Positions 46,013 through 55,797 of a stretch of 64,000 nt of DNA are shown piece after piece. Location: contig NJBN01000001.1 of assembly GCA_005223185.1 (NCBI GenBank), forward strand, positions 441,365 to 505,364, written 5' to 3'. The position numbers and the translations under genes were made by a program. This DNA comes from a candidate division LCP-89 bacterium B3_LCP. Its GTDB lineage: Bacteria > Electryoneota > B3-LCP. Position 1 is the stretch's first letter. The number at the start of each line of letters is the position of its first letter. Under the pieces are notes generated by a model. That model worked only from the letters and a program-made list of their open reading frames with translations, had not been told where the DNA came from and ran no database searches.

Positions 46013-47542
46013 ATGAGCCTAAAAGTTATAAAGACTCAAAATGATTACGATGAGGCTCTTCGGGAAATTGAAGAGTTCATCATACTCGATCCCGTTCCTG
46101 GGACAGAAGAAGCCAATCGCCTGGAAGTCCTGTCGGTGCTGATAAAGGCGTATGAGGATGAGCATTTCCATTTTGACCTCCCCGATCCGATTTCAGCAAT
46201 CAAATTTGTTATGGAGCAACGTGGCCTTAAGCGGTCTGATTTGGTGCCCTTTATTGGTTCCCCTTCAAAAGTGTCAGAAATACTATCTGGGAAAAGGCAA
46301 CTCAGTCTCTCAATGATGAGACGACTCAATGAAGGATTGAATATACCCGCAGAAGTTTTGATGAAAGAACGTCAAAAGGAAATACCTGAAGAAACTGATA
46401 TTCAGTGGAGTAAGTTTCCGTTAACCGAGCTGAGTAAAAGAAACTGGTTCCCCGAGTTCTCTGGGACGCTACCTAAACTTAAGGAATACGCTGAGGATTT
46501 AATGCGACCGAAAATAGAGTTACTTTTAAAAAATTGTACGATGATTCCTCTTCAAAGGACTTCAAGTATAAATCTGCGAAGTGACAAAGTGATAGATCTT
46601 TATTCGTTAGTTGCATGGCAAACCAGAGTTGTTGAAAAAGCTAAAGGAATCAGCCTTGAAGTGCCTTATTCTGGGAAAATTGCCAAAGCACTTCTCAAGC
46701 AAATTGCAAGTCTGACAGTTCTGGATGAAGGACCTCTAGCAGCACGAGAGATATTATATAAAAACGGTATTCATCTTGTTGTTGAACCGCATCTAAAGAG
46801 TACATACTTAGATGGTGCAGTAATGCTTCTCAATGATGGCACACCAATAATCGCTTTGACACTTAGATACAACCGACTTGATAATTTCTGGTTTAGCCTT
46901 ATTCATGAATTAGTACACTTGCATAAACATCTAGATGAGGAAAACTCATACTTTTTTGATGATTTTGAAGGAACAGAGAATCTACTAGAAATTGAGGTTG
47001 AAGCAGACAAACATGCGGGTGAGATTTTAATACCAAAGAGTAGTTGGAGTATAGAAAGATCCATTTATTATTCTACAAGAGGAACTTTTGATGAGATTAA
47101 ACAATTGGCCAGAAAACTAAATGTACATCCCGCAGTCTTAGTAGGCCGAATTCATCATGATTCTGGGGATTTTAGGAGATATCATAGGCTTCTGGGGAAA
47201 GGTATCCCCCAAGAGCTATTTTCAGATTCGTCTGTTAACTATTTGATTAGACAGCCAAATATAATAAATAACAGAAAGGGTACAAAAATGGGAAGAATGC
47301 GTAAAACAATTCGTTATAAGCTTTACGATGGTAGAAAAGACGTTTACCATGGTATCACAAAAAACCTTGAGCGAAGAGAACAAGAACACGAACGGGATGG
47401 CAAAAAGTTTTCACGGGTAGAGAGGGTGGGACCTGCCGTAACAGTTGAAACTGCAAAACAATGGGAAGAACAATCTCTGAAGAGTTACCGGAAGAATCAC
47501 GGGGGTAAGAATCCAAAGTATAATGAGGATAAAACTGGATAA
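46013..47542 (+). CDS. Fusion protein: HigA-like HTH antitoxin + ImmA/IrrE (DUF955, COG2856) HEXXH metallopeptidase + C-terminal GIY-YIG-like module
   Basis: Residues 1-120 match HigA (IGSPSKVSEILSGKRQLSLSMMRRLNEGLNIPAEVL vs E. coli IGSKSMVSRVLSGKRKLTLEHAKKLATRFGISPALF). Central region carries LIHELVHLHKH and EADKHAGEILIP, typical of ImmA/IrrE Zn-peptidases. C-terminal ~90 aa carries IRYKLYDGRKDVYHGITKNLERREQEH, resembling the GIY…YIG…R…E/H core. One uninterrupted 509-codon ORF starting 15 nt after higB. Confidence 0.7.
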   Translation: MSLKVIKTQNDYDEALREIEEFIILDPVPGTEEANRLEVLSVLIKAYEDEHFHFDLPDPISAIKFVMEQRGLKRSDLVPFIGSPSKVSEILSGKRQLSLSMMRRLNEGLNIPAEVLMKERQKEIPEETDIQWSKFPLTELSKRNWFPEFSGTLPKLKEYAEDLMRPKIELLLKNCTMIPLQRTSSINLRSDKVIDLYSLVAWQTRVVEKAKGISLEVPYSGKIAKALLKQIASLTVLDEGPLAAREILYKNGIHLVVEPHLKSTYLDGAVMLLNDGTPIIALTLRYNRLDNFWFSLIHELVHLHKHLDEENSYFFDDFEGTENLLEIEVEADKHAGEILIPKSSWSIERSIYYSTRGTFDEIKQLARKLNVHPAVLVGRIHHDSGDFRRYHRLLGKGIPQELFSDSSVNYLIRQPNIINNRKGTKMGRMRKTIRYKLYDGRKDVYHGITKNLERREQEHERDGKKFSRVERVGPAVTVETAKQWEEQSLKSYRKNHGGKNPKYNEDKTG

Positions 47543-47601
47543 CAGGTGTTAAATGCAGATTGTCCCCCATATTTTCAGCTGTAGATTAGACTGAGTTCCC
47601 C

Positions 47602-48375
47602 TCACACCTCAAACATCTCCGTGGCGCAGTGCTGCTGGGCGACGATGACGTCTATGTGGTTGTGTCCTGCCTTTTTCAGGTGGGATTTTACGCTTTTTAG
47701 GGCCACTTTGGCGTCGTTGTTCTGCTGGCTCAGGTGAGCTAAGACCACCCTCTTCAGGCGGGGTGAGGCGATCTGTGCCAGCGCTTCACCAGCCTGTTCG
47801 TTGGAAAGATGCCCGTGCTGGCCCTTTATGCGCTGTTTCAGATCCCAGGGATAGGGTCCGTCTAAAAGCATGGAGACGTCGTGGTTGGCTTCCAGCACGA
47901 TGGCATCACAATCACGCATCCAGTTCAAAGTAGCCAGATCGACGATACCCAGGTCGGTGGCGATAACCAGCCTTTTATCTCCTTCCACAATCAGAAAACC
48001 CATCGTTTCAGAAGCGTCGTGGTTGACTGAAAATGATTCCACCTGAAGATTACCAAATTCGAGTGTTTCGCTGTTTAAGCTGAAGAACCGGGTGAAATTA
48101 TTGATATGCCGCTTGACAGTGGCGATTGTACCTTCACTGGCGTAAATGGGCAGATCCTGGCGGCGGGCGATAACGGCAGCTCCGCGCAAGTGATCGGAAT
48201 GTTCATGACTGATCAACATCGCCTGGATGCAGTTGTAATCGCGGTCGAATTCCTTAAGACGTTCACCAATCCTGCGCATGGAAAGACCAACGTCAATTAA
48301 GACGCCGGCGCCGTTATCATCTTCGACAAAGGCGCAATTCCCTTCCGAACCGGATGCCAGTATGCTAAATTTCAT
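47602..48375 (-). CDS. MBL-fold metallo-hydrolase
   Basis: 257 aa with HxHxDH motif (LISHEHSDHLRG) and later His/Asp ligands. Confidence 0.75.
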   Translation of the reverse strand: MKFSILASGSEGNCAFVEDDNGAGVLIDVGLSMRRIGERLKEFDRDYNCIQAMLISHEHSDHLRGAAVIARRQDLPIYASEGTIATVKRHINNFTRFFSLNSETLEFGNLQVESFSVNHDASETMGFLIVEGDKRLVIATDLGIVDLATLNWMRDCDAIVLEANHDVSMLLDGPYPWDLKQRIKGQHGHLSNEQAGEALAQIASPRLKRVVLAHLSQQNNDAKVALKSVKSHLKKAGHNHIDVIVAQQHCATEMFEV

Positions 48376-48780
48376 AGTGTAGTTTCCACTGCCCTGTTGC
48401 TGTTATTACCCGTATGTGGTATGCTGGGGGGGGGTATCTATAATGGACATTGATTAGTTATTTTTGACAGGTAGAGCGGGGGCTTGCCCCCGCTGGCGGT
48501 AGCAAGCTACCGCGCTACTTCTAAGTGTGCCGTCAGGTGCCCTCACCTGACGGAATAACAATGACTAATGTGTCCGCGGGGGCGCATGACACCACTATAA
48601 TATGAAGAATTTGAGCTTGCTTCGTCATCCGTCGGCCGACAATGGGACACAGGATTGCTCCAAGGGAGTCCCTATGGGAAAATCCTATGCCCAATTTTTA
48701 TCTCAAAGTGGATAAATCCACTAACCTGATTACTCAGGACAGTCTGGGATAATAAGTATCAATCTTATAGCTTATGAACT

Positions 48781-49374
48781 TCATTTGCCCTTAATTCCTT
48801 TACTGCCGGGTGCTATAAGAGCAACGTTATCGCGGCAGAGGGGGCAATCTGCTGGATCATACGTGGCGATGTTCATCTCCAGCAAAGCTATCGCTTCCGT
48901 TCCTAATTCCAGAGGCTTGCCGGAACGGTTGACCAGTACGGCTGCACCGATGGGGTCGGCTCCCGCTTCCCGCACCGCTTCCACCACCTGCCGCGCGGAA
49001 CCACCAGTAGTAACGATATCTTCCACCACCAGGACTCTTTCACCCGGTTGAAAGGCGAAACCCCTGCGGAATTCCAGTTTGTCGCCAACTCTTTCAGCGA
49101 AGGCACAGGGGACATTCAGTGATCTGGCGACTTCGTACGCTATTACTACTCCACCAAGAGCGGGTCCCGCTACCCGCTCTACATTGCGGTCCCGGAATGC
49201 GTCAGCCATGGCGCTGCAGAGTTCTCCGGCGATTTCCGGGCGTTCCAGCAAACGGAATTTCTCCACGTACTGCCCGCTGTGTTTCCCCGAACGGAGTTCG
49301 AAATGTCCTTCCAAGTAGGCGCCGCATTTCTTCAGTAGTTCTTGCACTCGTTGGGGTGAAATAGGTTCGATCAT
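48781..49374 (-). CDS. pyrE: Orotate phosphoribosyltransferase
   Basis: 197 aa; PRPP-binding motif VLVVEDIVTTGGS. Confidence 0.85.
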   Translation of the reverse strand: MIEPISPQRVQELLKKCGAYLEGHFELRSGKHSGQYVEKFRLLERPEIAGELCSAMADAFRDRNVERVAGPALGGVVIAYEVARSLNVPCAFAERVGDKLEFRRGFAFQPGERVLVVEDIVTTGGSARQVVEAVREAGADPIGAAVLVNRSGKPLELGTEAIALLEMNIATYDPADCPLCRDNVALIAPGSKGIKGK

Positions 49375-49395
49375 ATGGTAATATCCGTTTGACGG

Positions 49396-50202
49396 TTATC
49401 CATTTATCTTAAGCTGCTTTTTATAGTCTAAGCAGGCACTTTCGATGCTTTCTTGAAAATCAAGGTCATTATCCGGATAGAGAATCCCCCGTGAAACGTT
49501 GACCAGAAGCGGTTCACCTTGTACATCCTCAGCAATTTGCGCCACTGTTTCTGCATCTCCACCTTGAGCTCCGATTCCGGGAATGAGTAAGGGGACTGAA
49601 GGGTAAGCACGACGGATCTTCACCAGTTCATCTGGATGGGTAGCGCCCACAACTGCTCCCAGATTTCCCTGTGGAGCCCAGTGTGAAATCATGTCAAGCA
49701 CTCTCTCGTACAGATTGAACTTGCCATCGGAAAAACGCTGCAGATCCTTCGATCCCGGGTTGGTGGTTAGAGCCAGCACAAAAGCTCCCTTGTGAGGATT
49801 TCTGAGAAATGGCTGCAGGGTATCTCCACCCATGTATGGATTAAGGGTGATGGCATCGAAGGGTATCCGTTCCAGGAACGCATGTGCATACCGCTTGGCT
49901 GTATTGCCGATATCACCCCGCTTAGCGTCCGCTATCCGCAACGAAGATTCGGGGAGATCATGTGCGATTTTTTCCAACAGAGCCCACCCTTCAGCGCCCC
50001 AGGCTTCATAAAAGGCGGTGTTGACTTTATATGCCGCTGCATGGGGAGTGCTGATTGAGATTACTTCAGTTAGAAAGGAGGAAATCCCTTGCAAATCAGG
50101 GGAATATCCTTCAGGCAAGCGGGCGGGATCAGGATCGAGACCGATGCACAAGCCTACCGCACCAGAACCGGTAACAAGGTGAAGTTTTTCGCGGAAAGTC
50201 AT
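49396..50202 (-). CDS. pyrF: Orotidine 5'-phosphate decarboxylase (long type-2 form)
   Basis: 268 aa; IGLDPDPARLP and ADAKRGDIGNT motifs; adjacent to pyrE. Confidence 0.8.
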   Translation of the reverse strand: MTFREKLHLVTGSGAVGLCIGLDPDPARLPEGYSPDLQGISSFLTEVISISTPHAAAYKVNTAFYEAWGAEGWALLEKIAHDLPESSLRIADAKRGDIGNTAKRYAHAFLERIPFDAITLNPYMGGDTLQPFLRNPHKGAFVLALTTNPGSKDLQRFSDGKFNLYERVLDMISHWAPQGNLGAVVGATHPDELVKIRRAYPSVPLLIPGIGAQGGDAETVAQIAEDVQGEPLLVNVSRGILYPDNDLDFQESIESACLDYKKQLKING

Positions 50203-50273
50203 GTTGGAAGTAATCGATACGATCTCTTTAGATTATTTTCATTTTATTGTCTGTAGGCACAATTACATGTGAA

Positions 50274-50714
50274 TCAACCACCCAAGTCGTCCTTTTCCTG
50301 GCATTTGCTGCAGACGCCGTAAATCTGCTGTGTATGAGACAGCATCTTGAAATCAAATTCTGAGCAGACTTTTTGCTGTAGATCTTCTATGGCGGAATTG
50401 CGAAATTCTAAAATACTTCCGCACCTTACGCATACCAGGTGATCGTGATGAGGATGTCCCAGTACGTGTTCGAACGTACTGCGACCTTCACCTAAGTCCA
50501 TTTTACGGACTAAATCGCTCTCTACCAATAAAGCCAGGGTACGGTAAACCGTCGCTCGTGAAACTCCCGCACGACGATTCTTAAGGCGCAAATAGAGATC
50601 GTCCGCATCAAAATGATGATGACAGCGGAAGACCTCTTGCAGCACTTCCCGCCGGGCTTGGGTATTTTTTAGCCCGGTTCGACGCAGATAATTTACGAAT
50701 TTCTTCTCTTCCAA
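50274..50714 (-). CDS. fur: Fur-family metal-responsive transcriptional regulator
   Basis: 146 aa; winged-helix N-terminus, HPHHDHLVCVRCG metal-site motif and C-terminal CSKC. Confidence 0.8.
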   Translation of the reverse strand: MEEKKFVNYLRRTGLKNTQARREVLQEVFRCHHHFDADDLYLRLKNRRAGVSRATVYRTLALLVESDLVRKMDLGEGRSTFEHVLGHPHHDHLVCVRCGSILEFRNSAIEDLQQKVCSEFDFKMLSHTQQIYGVCSKCQEKDDLGG

Positions 50715-50957
50715 GGTTGATCCTACGAATCATCGACTGGGAAAACAATTTAGGGAATATTCATTTTATTTGCAAGTGATTTTTTTAAACAAGTCCTTTT
50801 GAAGTAATAATCGCATAAATTCACTTGACAGAAAGGTTGGTCGTGCCGTAAATTTATGCAAATATGCTCTGGATCACTAACGTATTTCTTTTTAGAGCTT
50901 ATAATTACTCTGATAGATGGGACAGACCAATCAACTTTAGAAAGAAATTGAGGAGGC

Positions 50958-53151
50958 ATGATGAGGGTAATAGGACGGTTAACACTACTTTGGGCGGCTT
51001 TGATCGTTGCGGTTTCCGTGAATGCGGGCACGCTTCATCCTGATCTTAGAGCCAAGATGAATTCAAGTTCTGATGGAGAATTCATCAGAATTTTAATAAC
51101 ACTGGAAGAACAAGCCGACTTTAACACGCTGATGGCTGCTACCACAGGTCTGTCAAAACAGGAAGCCCGGACTTTGGTAGTCGGACACTTGAAAGAATTG
51201 GCTAATTCAACACAACGGGAAATAAGGGAGTATTTGGAAGCACAGAAAAACCTGGGTCGAGTCAAGGAACTCAGATCTGTGTGGATAGCTAATATAATGT
51301 ACGGTCTGGCAACTCCTGAGGTCATTCGGACTCTGGATGAATTCCCCGGAATAGCCAATGTTTCCTGGGATCCACAACGCTACCTACTCTTTCATGAACG
51401 ACCAAACGAAGTTCATCCTCCTAACAATCCCCCTACGGATGAGATTGCCTGGGGCATTGCGGATATCAATGCCGATGACGTATGGGGTATGGGCTACACC
51501 GGAGCTGGCATAATTGTAGGTATGATCGATACAGGTGTAAATTACAATCATGTGGATCTGGCTGACCATATGTGGAACGGAGGTCCCCAATACCCCAATC
51601 ACGGTTGGGATTTTCACAATAACGATAACGACCCCATGGATGACGGAAGCGCCTTCATGGGTGGTCATGGCACTCATACTGCCGGATCAGTGGCGTCCGA
51701 TGGAACGGGCAGGTTCGCGGTGCGGCGTTGCTCCTGATGCCAATATCATGGCTATCAAGGTGCTTTCCGGAAATGGGTACGGCAGCGAAGGACCCGTAAT
51801 CGCCGGAATCGGTTTTGCGGTTGATCAGGGAGCCGAAATTTTCAGTATGTCCCTGGGATTTGTCAGTACTTCTCAGCATTACCAGTTTAGAACTGCTTGT
51901 AATAATGCTTTGGCAGCCGGTGTAATTGGTGCTATTGCGGCGGGTAATGAAGGTAACCAGCAGTGGTCGTATCCCATCCCCGGAAATGTACGGACGCCTG
52001 GGAACGTTCCGCCGCCGTGGCTTCATCCCGATCAAGTGCTTACTGGTGGTTTAAGCTGTGTGGTGACTTGTGGGGCAACCAATATGTACCAATCTTTAGC
52101 GGGATTTTCCAGCCGCGGGCCGGTTACCTGGGAAGGAATTAACCCCTGGTATGATTATCCATATGCAGGCGGATCTCAGATGGGATTGATAGATCCGGAC
52201 GTCAGTGCACCCGGTGAAGACGTAAAATCGTGCTGGTTCATGGATAACTGGGGATATGCGGACGGCTGGGATGGTACTTCCATGGCGACTCCGCATGTGG
52301 CGGGCACATTCGCGTTGATGCTGCATAAAGATCCCAGTTTGACTCCGGCTGACCTTGACATGTACCTGGAAACAACGGCAATTGACTGGGGTTCGCCCGG
52401 AAAAGATAACGATCATGGAGCGGGCAAGATCGATGCTTTGGTTGCGGTTTCTGCAGTTCCCGGCGGTACTCTGCCTGATGTTATCATAACGACTACACCT
52501 ACAGGATCTACGTCATTACCATCTTCCGGTGGTACATTATATCATGACGTTAATCTGGTGAATAACGAAACATACGGTGTGCCCATGGCTGCCTGGCTGG
52601 ATTTGGAATACCCCAATGGCAGTTGGTCTGGCGCACTGATTTTGCGTAATCTCACCCTCATGGTGGGAGTGAACGTAACCCGTTCACTGACAACTACCAT
52701 TGCAGGTAGTGAGCCAGATGGCAATTATAACCTCTGGGTTCACATGGGGTCGTCTTACGGGGGGACTATATACTCAGAAGACAGCTTCCCCTTTACCAAG
52801 GGTCTGCCTGACAGTGATCCGGGTGAATGGGTATCCGAAACGGCTGTTTACGGCTGGGAAGAGGAACTTGTTTCCATGCAGACGCCGGAATCGTACAGTT
52901 TGGGAAGCGCTTATCCCAATCCCTTCAACCCGTCCACGACTATACCTTTCAGTCTGGCTGATAACGGTTATGTTTCGCTGAAAATTTTCGATCTACAGGG
53001 ACGTGAAGTTGCTACCATAGCTGAAGGTGAGATGTCTGCGGGACAGTATAAAGTTACTTTCGATGGGACGAACTTCGGTTCGGGAATTTACCTGTACCAG
53101 TTGAAGACAGCGGATTTCTCTCAGACCATGAAGATGACGCTGATAAAGTAG
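50958..53151 (+). pseudogene. Subtilisin-like S8 serine peptidase with T9SS C-terminal domain, interrupted by a +1 frameshift near 51723
   Basis: RBS aggagg; signal peptide. Frame 0 carries the Asp and His catalytic regions (GMIDTGV, GGHGTHTAGSVA) and stops at 51737. Frame +1 continues with GVAPDANIMAIKVL and the Ser region (GTSMATPHVAG), ending in a Por_Secre_tail. Removing 1 nt around gtgCggc gives the natural …GRFAVGVAPDAN…. May be a true pseudogene or a sequence error. Confidence 0.65.
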
Positions 53152-53171
53152 CGAGAATGATCTGCATACAA

Positions 53172-53201
53172 ACGCCCAACCGGTTGGTTGGGCGTTTTTT
53201 T
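53172..53201. terminator. Rho-independent terminator
   Basis: acgcccaacc-ggtt-ggttgggcgt followed by ttttttt: 10-bp stem, 4-nt loop, T7. Confidence 0.75.
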
Positions 53202-53349
53202 GTCAAGAAAGTTGGTGGACTGCGCTCGTCCGTCAAGGGACGTACTTAGTCCACCCTACATCTGAACGCTCATCTGTCATTCTCTCTTGGTCGGAAATTG
53301 GACGGATGAGCAATGTCAGACTCCGGACAAGCCGGAGTGACATTGCTCT

Positions 53350-55248
53350 TTATTTCAGCAGCACCATCTTCCCTGATGCCGTATATTCCTCAGCCGTCAG
53401 GCGATAGATGTAGATGCCGGAAGACAGGTTCGATCCATCGAAGGTGATTTGGTGGGTGCCGGGAGGATGCCATGCGCCCTGTGTAGGGGCGGGTTTACCC
53501 TTATAAAGGGTGCCTTCGGCAAAACCCGCCCCTACATTGCGCCCGTTGATGTCGAACACATCAAGTTTCACTAAACTCGCAACTGGCAGGGAGAAGCTGA
53601 TGGTTGTGGTGGGGTTGAAGGGGTTGGGGTAGGCGCCGTTCAGGGTAAACTCATTTATGGTAAAATCTGTAAATTTATTGAGATACTCATCAGGTAGTTT
53701 ATCCCACCCCGTCAATATCCAGTTCGATACTGTGTGAGAATCTGATGAACCTGGCAGTTTCTCAAAGGGAAAATGATCCTCAGCTAAGAGCTCGATGGTA
53801 TTATGGTCATAGATGTAAGCATTGTAAACATAGTCTCCAGCAAGCGCATAGCCGGGGACGTTCTGGGCAATACTATCCCGCTGGATGACAGACCCTGGGA
53901 CTAAATTAATCCCCTGGCGATTGAAAACCTGATAGATAGCACCGCTCGGCAAAGTAATATCGTTCCGAATATCAACAATGTAGGTAATACTATCATTATT
54001 GGCAATTTCAATATCGTAGGTAAACGAACCGCCCGCTGCAGGAATCTGAATCGGAGGATTATGGGGATTAAGTACAACTGATATGTACTGTTGTTCAGGT
54101 TCAAGGCATATCATCAGGAAGTCTGCTATTCCAGCGCCAAGCGTATTTGTCCATCCAGCAATAAAATAACCTTCGTTATTCGTTTGATCAACCGCATATC
54201 CGACACTACTGTATCCACATGCAAACATTTTATGCCATTCTTCACTGCCGGAGGCATCTGTCTTTAATAAATAGACTCCTGGAGGCGAATAAGAAAGCGA
54301 ATACCCCGTCACTATGAATCCGTTATCGGACGTAAGATCAACGCTATGACCTTCTTCAGCTGAAGTTCCCCCGTACGTTTGTGTCCATGTTGGGTTCCCA
54401 TCAGCATCGGTCCTCAGCAAACACACATCGTACATGCCTGCCCCGGATGAATTGGTCGCGCCGGTGATAATATAACCTCCATCAGGCGTTTGCATAACGT
54501 CATGTCCAACGTCTGACCCACTGCCGCCATAAGTCCTCGACCATTGTTCAATACCAAAAGCATCGGTTTTTATCAAATACATATCATAAAACGAGGAAGA
54601 CATTGAAAAGGAATTGGTGCAGCCGGCGATAACGAAACCATCGTCTGAGGTTTGTCTAATACTGAATCCCTCATCACAATTGGAACCACCGAAAGTCCTC
54701 TCCCACTGTGTAATACCGTTGCTGTCAGTTCTAATGATAAAAATACTCTCTTCGCCGGGACCATATGACCAGGTTTCAGCAACAAGAATATATCCGTTAT
54801 CACTGGTTTGTATTACGTCATTACCAGCGTCTCTGCCTGTACCACCGTATGCTTCAGACCATTCTTCGTTTCCGTTTTCATCAGTTTTTATCAAATAAAT
54901 ATCGCAATCTCCCGGTCCGAATGAGAAGGTGTCACCAATGATGATATATCCACCATCTGTGGTCTGTATTATACCAGTTCCGCTTTCATATGAAAACCCA
55001 CCGAAAGTTTTTGTCCAGACGGTGTCACCATTGGCATCAACTTTCACAAGATATACATCAGCAGAACCATTACCGAAAGACGCTGTTTGTCCCACAGTAA
55101 TAAAACCACCGTCCGTTGTCTGCTGCCCATCGAAGCAGAAGTCACTTTCAATCCCTCCACAGGTTTGAATCCATTGGGTATTTGGCTGAGCATTAATTGA
55201 GAAAGCGAGAATAAAAATCGCTAACAAAGAAGTATGAAATCTATGCAT
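53350..55248 (-). CDS. Secreted protein with tandem ~48-aa beta-propeller-like repeats and T9SS C-terminal domain
   Basis: Start moved to ATG 55248 (aggaggtg RBS; signal peptide MHRFHTSLLAIFILAFSINAQ). Repeats of TFGGxxxExGxxIIQTxDGGYIIxGxTxSFGxGxxDIYLIKTD, paralogous to the 31890 gene. C-terminal Por_Secre_tail containing the in-frame palindrome. Confidence 0.6.
   Translation of the reverse strand: MHRFHTSLLAIFILAFSINAQPNTQWIQTCGGIESDFCFDGQQTTDGGFITVGQTASFGNGSADVYLVKVDANGDTVWTKTFGGFSYESGTGIIQTTDGGYIIIGDTFSFGPGDCDIYLIKTDENGNEEWSEAYGGTGRDAGNDVIQTSDNGYILVAETWSYGPGEESIFIIRTDSNGITQWERTFGGSNCDEGFSIRQTSDDGFVIAGCTNSFSMSSSFYDMYLIKTDAFGIEQWSRTYGGSGSDVGHDVMQTPDGGYIITGATNSSGAGMYDVCLLRTDADGNPTWTQTYGGTSAEEGHSVDLTSDNGFIVTGYSLSYSPPGVYLLKTDASGSEEWHKMFACGYSSVGYAVDQTNNEGYFIAGWTNTLGAGIADFLMICLEPEQQYISVVLNPHNPPIQIPAAGGSFTYDIEIANNDSITYIVDIRNDITLPSGAIYQVFNRQGINLVPGSVIQRDSIAQNVPGYALAGDYVYNAYIYDHNTIELLAEDHFPFEKLPGSSDSHTVSNWILTGWDKLPDEYLNKFTDFTINEFTLNGAYPNPFNPTTTISFSLPVASLVKLDVFDINGRNVGAGFAEGTLYKGKPAPTQGAWHPPGTHQITFDGSNLSSGIYIYRLTAEEYTASGKMVLLK
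53483..53535. repeat. Perfect 53-bp palindromic element embedded in frame in the T9SS C-terminal domain coding sequence
   Basis: gtaggggcgggttt (53483-53496) and aaacccgcccctac (53522-53535) are exact reverse complements, enclosing two small hairpins (ccctt-ata-aaggg and gcc-ttc-ggc). Encodes the extra loop VGAGFAEGTLYKGKPAPTQGAWH. Confidence 0.8.
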
Positions 55249-55741
55249 GATAGCACCTCCTAAACTTATTAATTGCATAACGAATGTCACTAAGTTGTTG
55301 ACTCGTGTGCTGTAGGATATATTATCTCAAATTCTGTGCCGTATAATTTAATCGACACAACTTTCCTGGTGTAATTATTTCCGCCTATAGTCAGGGATAA
55401 GAGAATTATCCCACTGAGTAGGTTTCCTGTTGTGTCAGGCTTTGCCTTCGAAGTCTTGACCTGCTCCAGCGGGATGAAGCCTGCCCTCAACCGAATTACC
55501 TCTAATATACACAATATTTTCGGTTTTGTCAAGTGGTTTGTTTTTTTGGGGGGATTTTCTCGAAAAAAGCGTCAGGTCTCCGTTGCACTAAGGACCTAAC
55601 GCAACATGTAAAGCGGGGGCAAGCCCCCGCGCTACCTTTTGTCGGGGTCAGGGACGGCCCATGCCGAAGGACAGGCAAGCCCGAATACGGGATAAGGAAA
55701 GGGCGGACACAGAGGTCTGCTCGGGGGAAGCCTTGTGAATT

Positions 55742-55772
55742 AAAAAAAGGGCAGACACATAGGTCCGCCCCT
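55742..55772 (-). terminator. Rho-independent terminator (minus strand) downstream of acyl-CoA dehydrogenase
   Basis: Minus-strand gggcggac-ctatgt-gtctgccc followed by ttttttt; same hairpin family as 33075 and 37785. Confidence 0.6.
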
Positions 55773-55797
55773 ACAGTATTTCAGAGTCAGTGTGGGA

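Noticed and set aside
48376-48780. tRNA or tmRNA at the island boundary
   Set aside because: No cloverleaf-compatible sequence; the region is made of the same repeat modules (agcgggggcttgcccccgct, cataggattttccc).
50715-50957. Fur box in the fur / S8-peptidase divergent intergenic region
   Set aside because: Only weak AT-rich partial matches (taataatcgcataaatt); not convincing without a position-weight-matrix scan.
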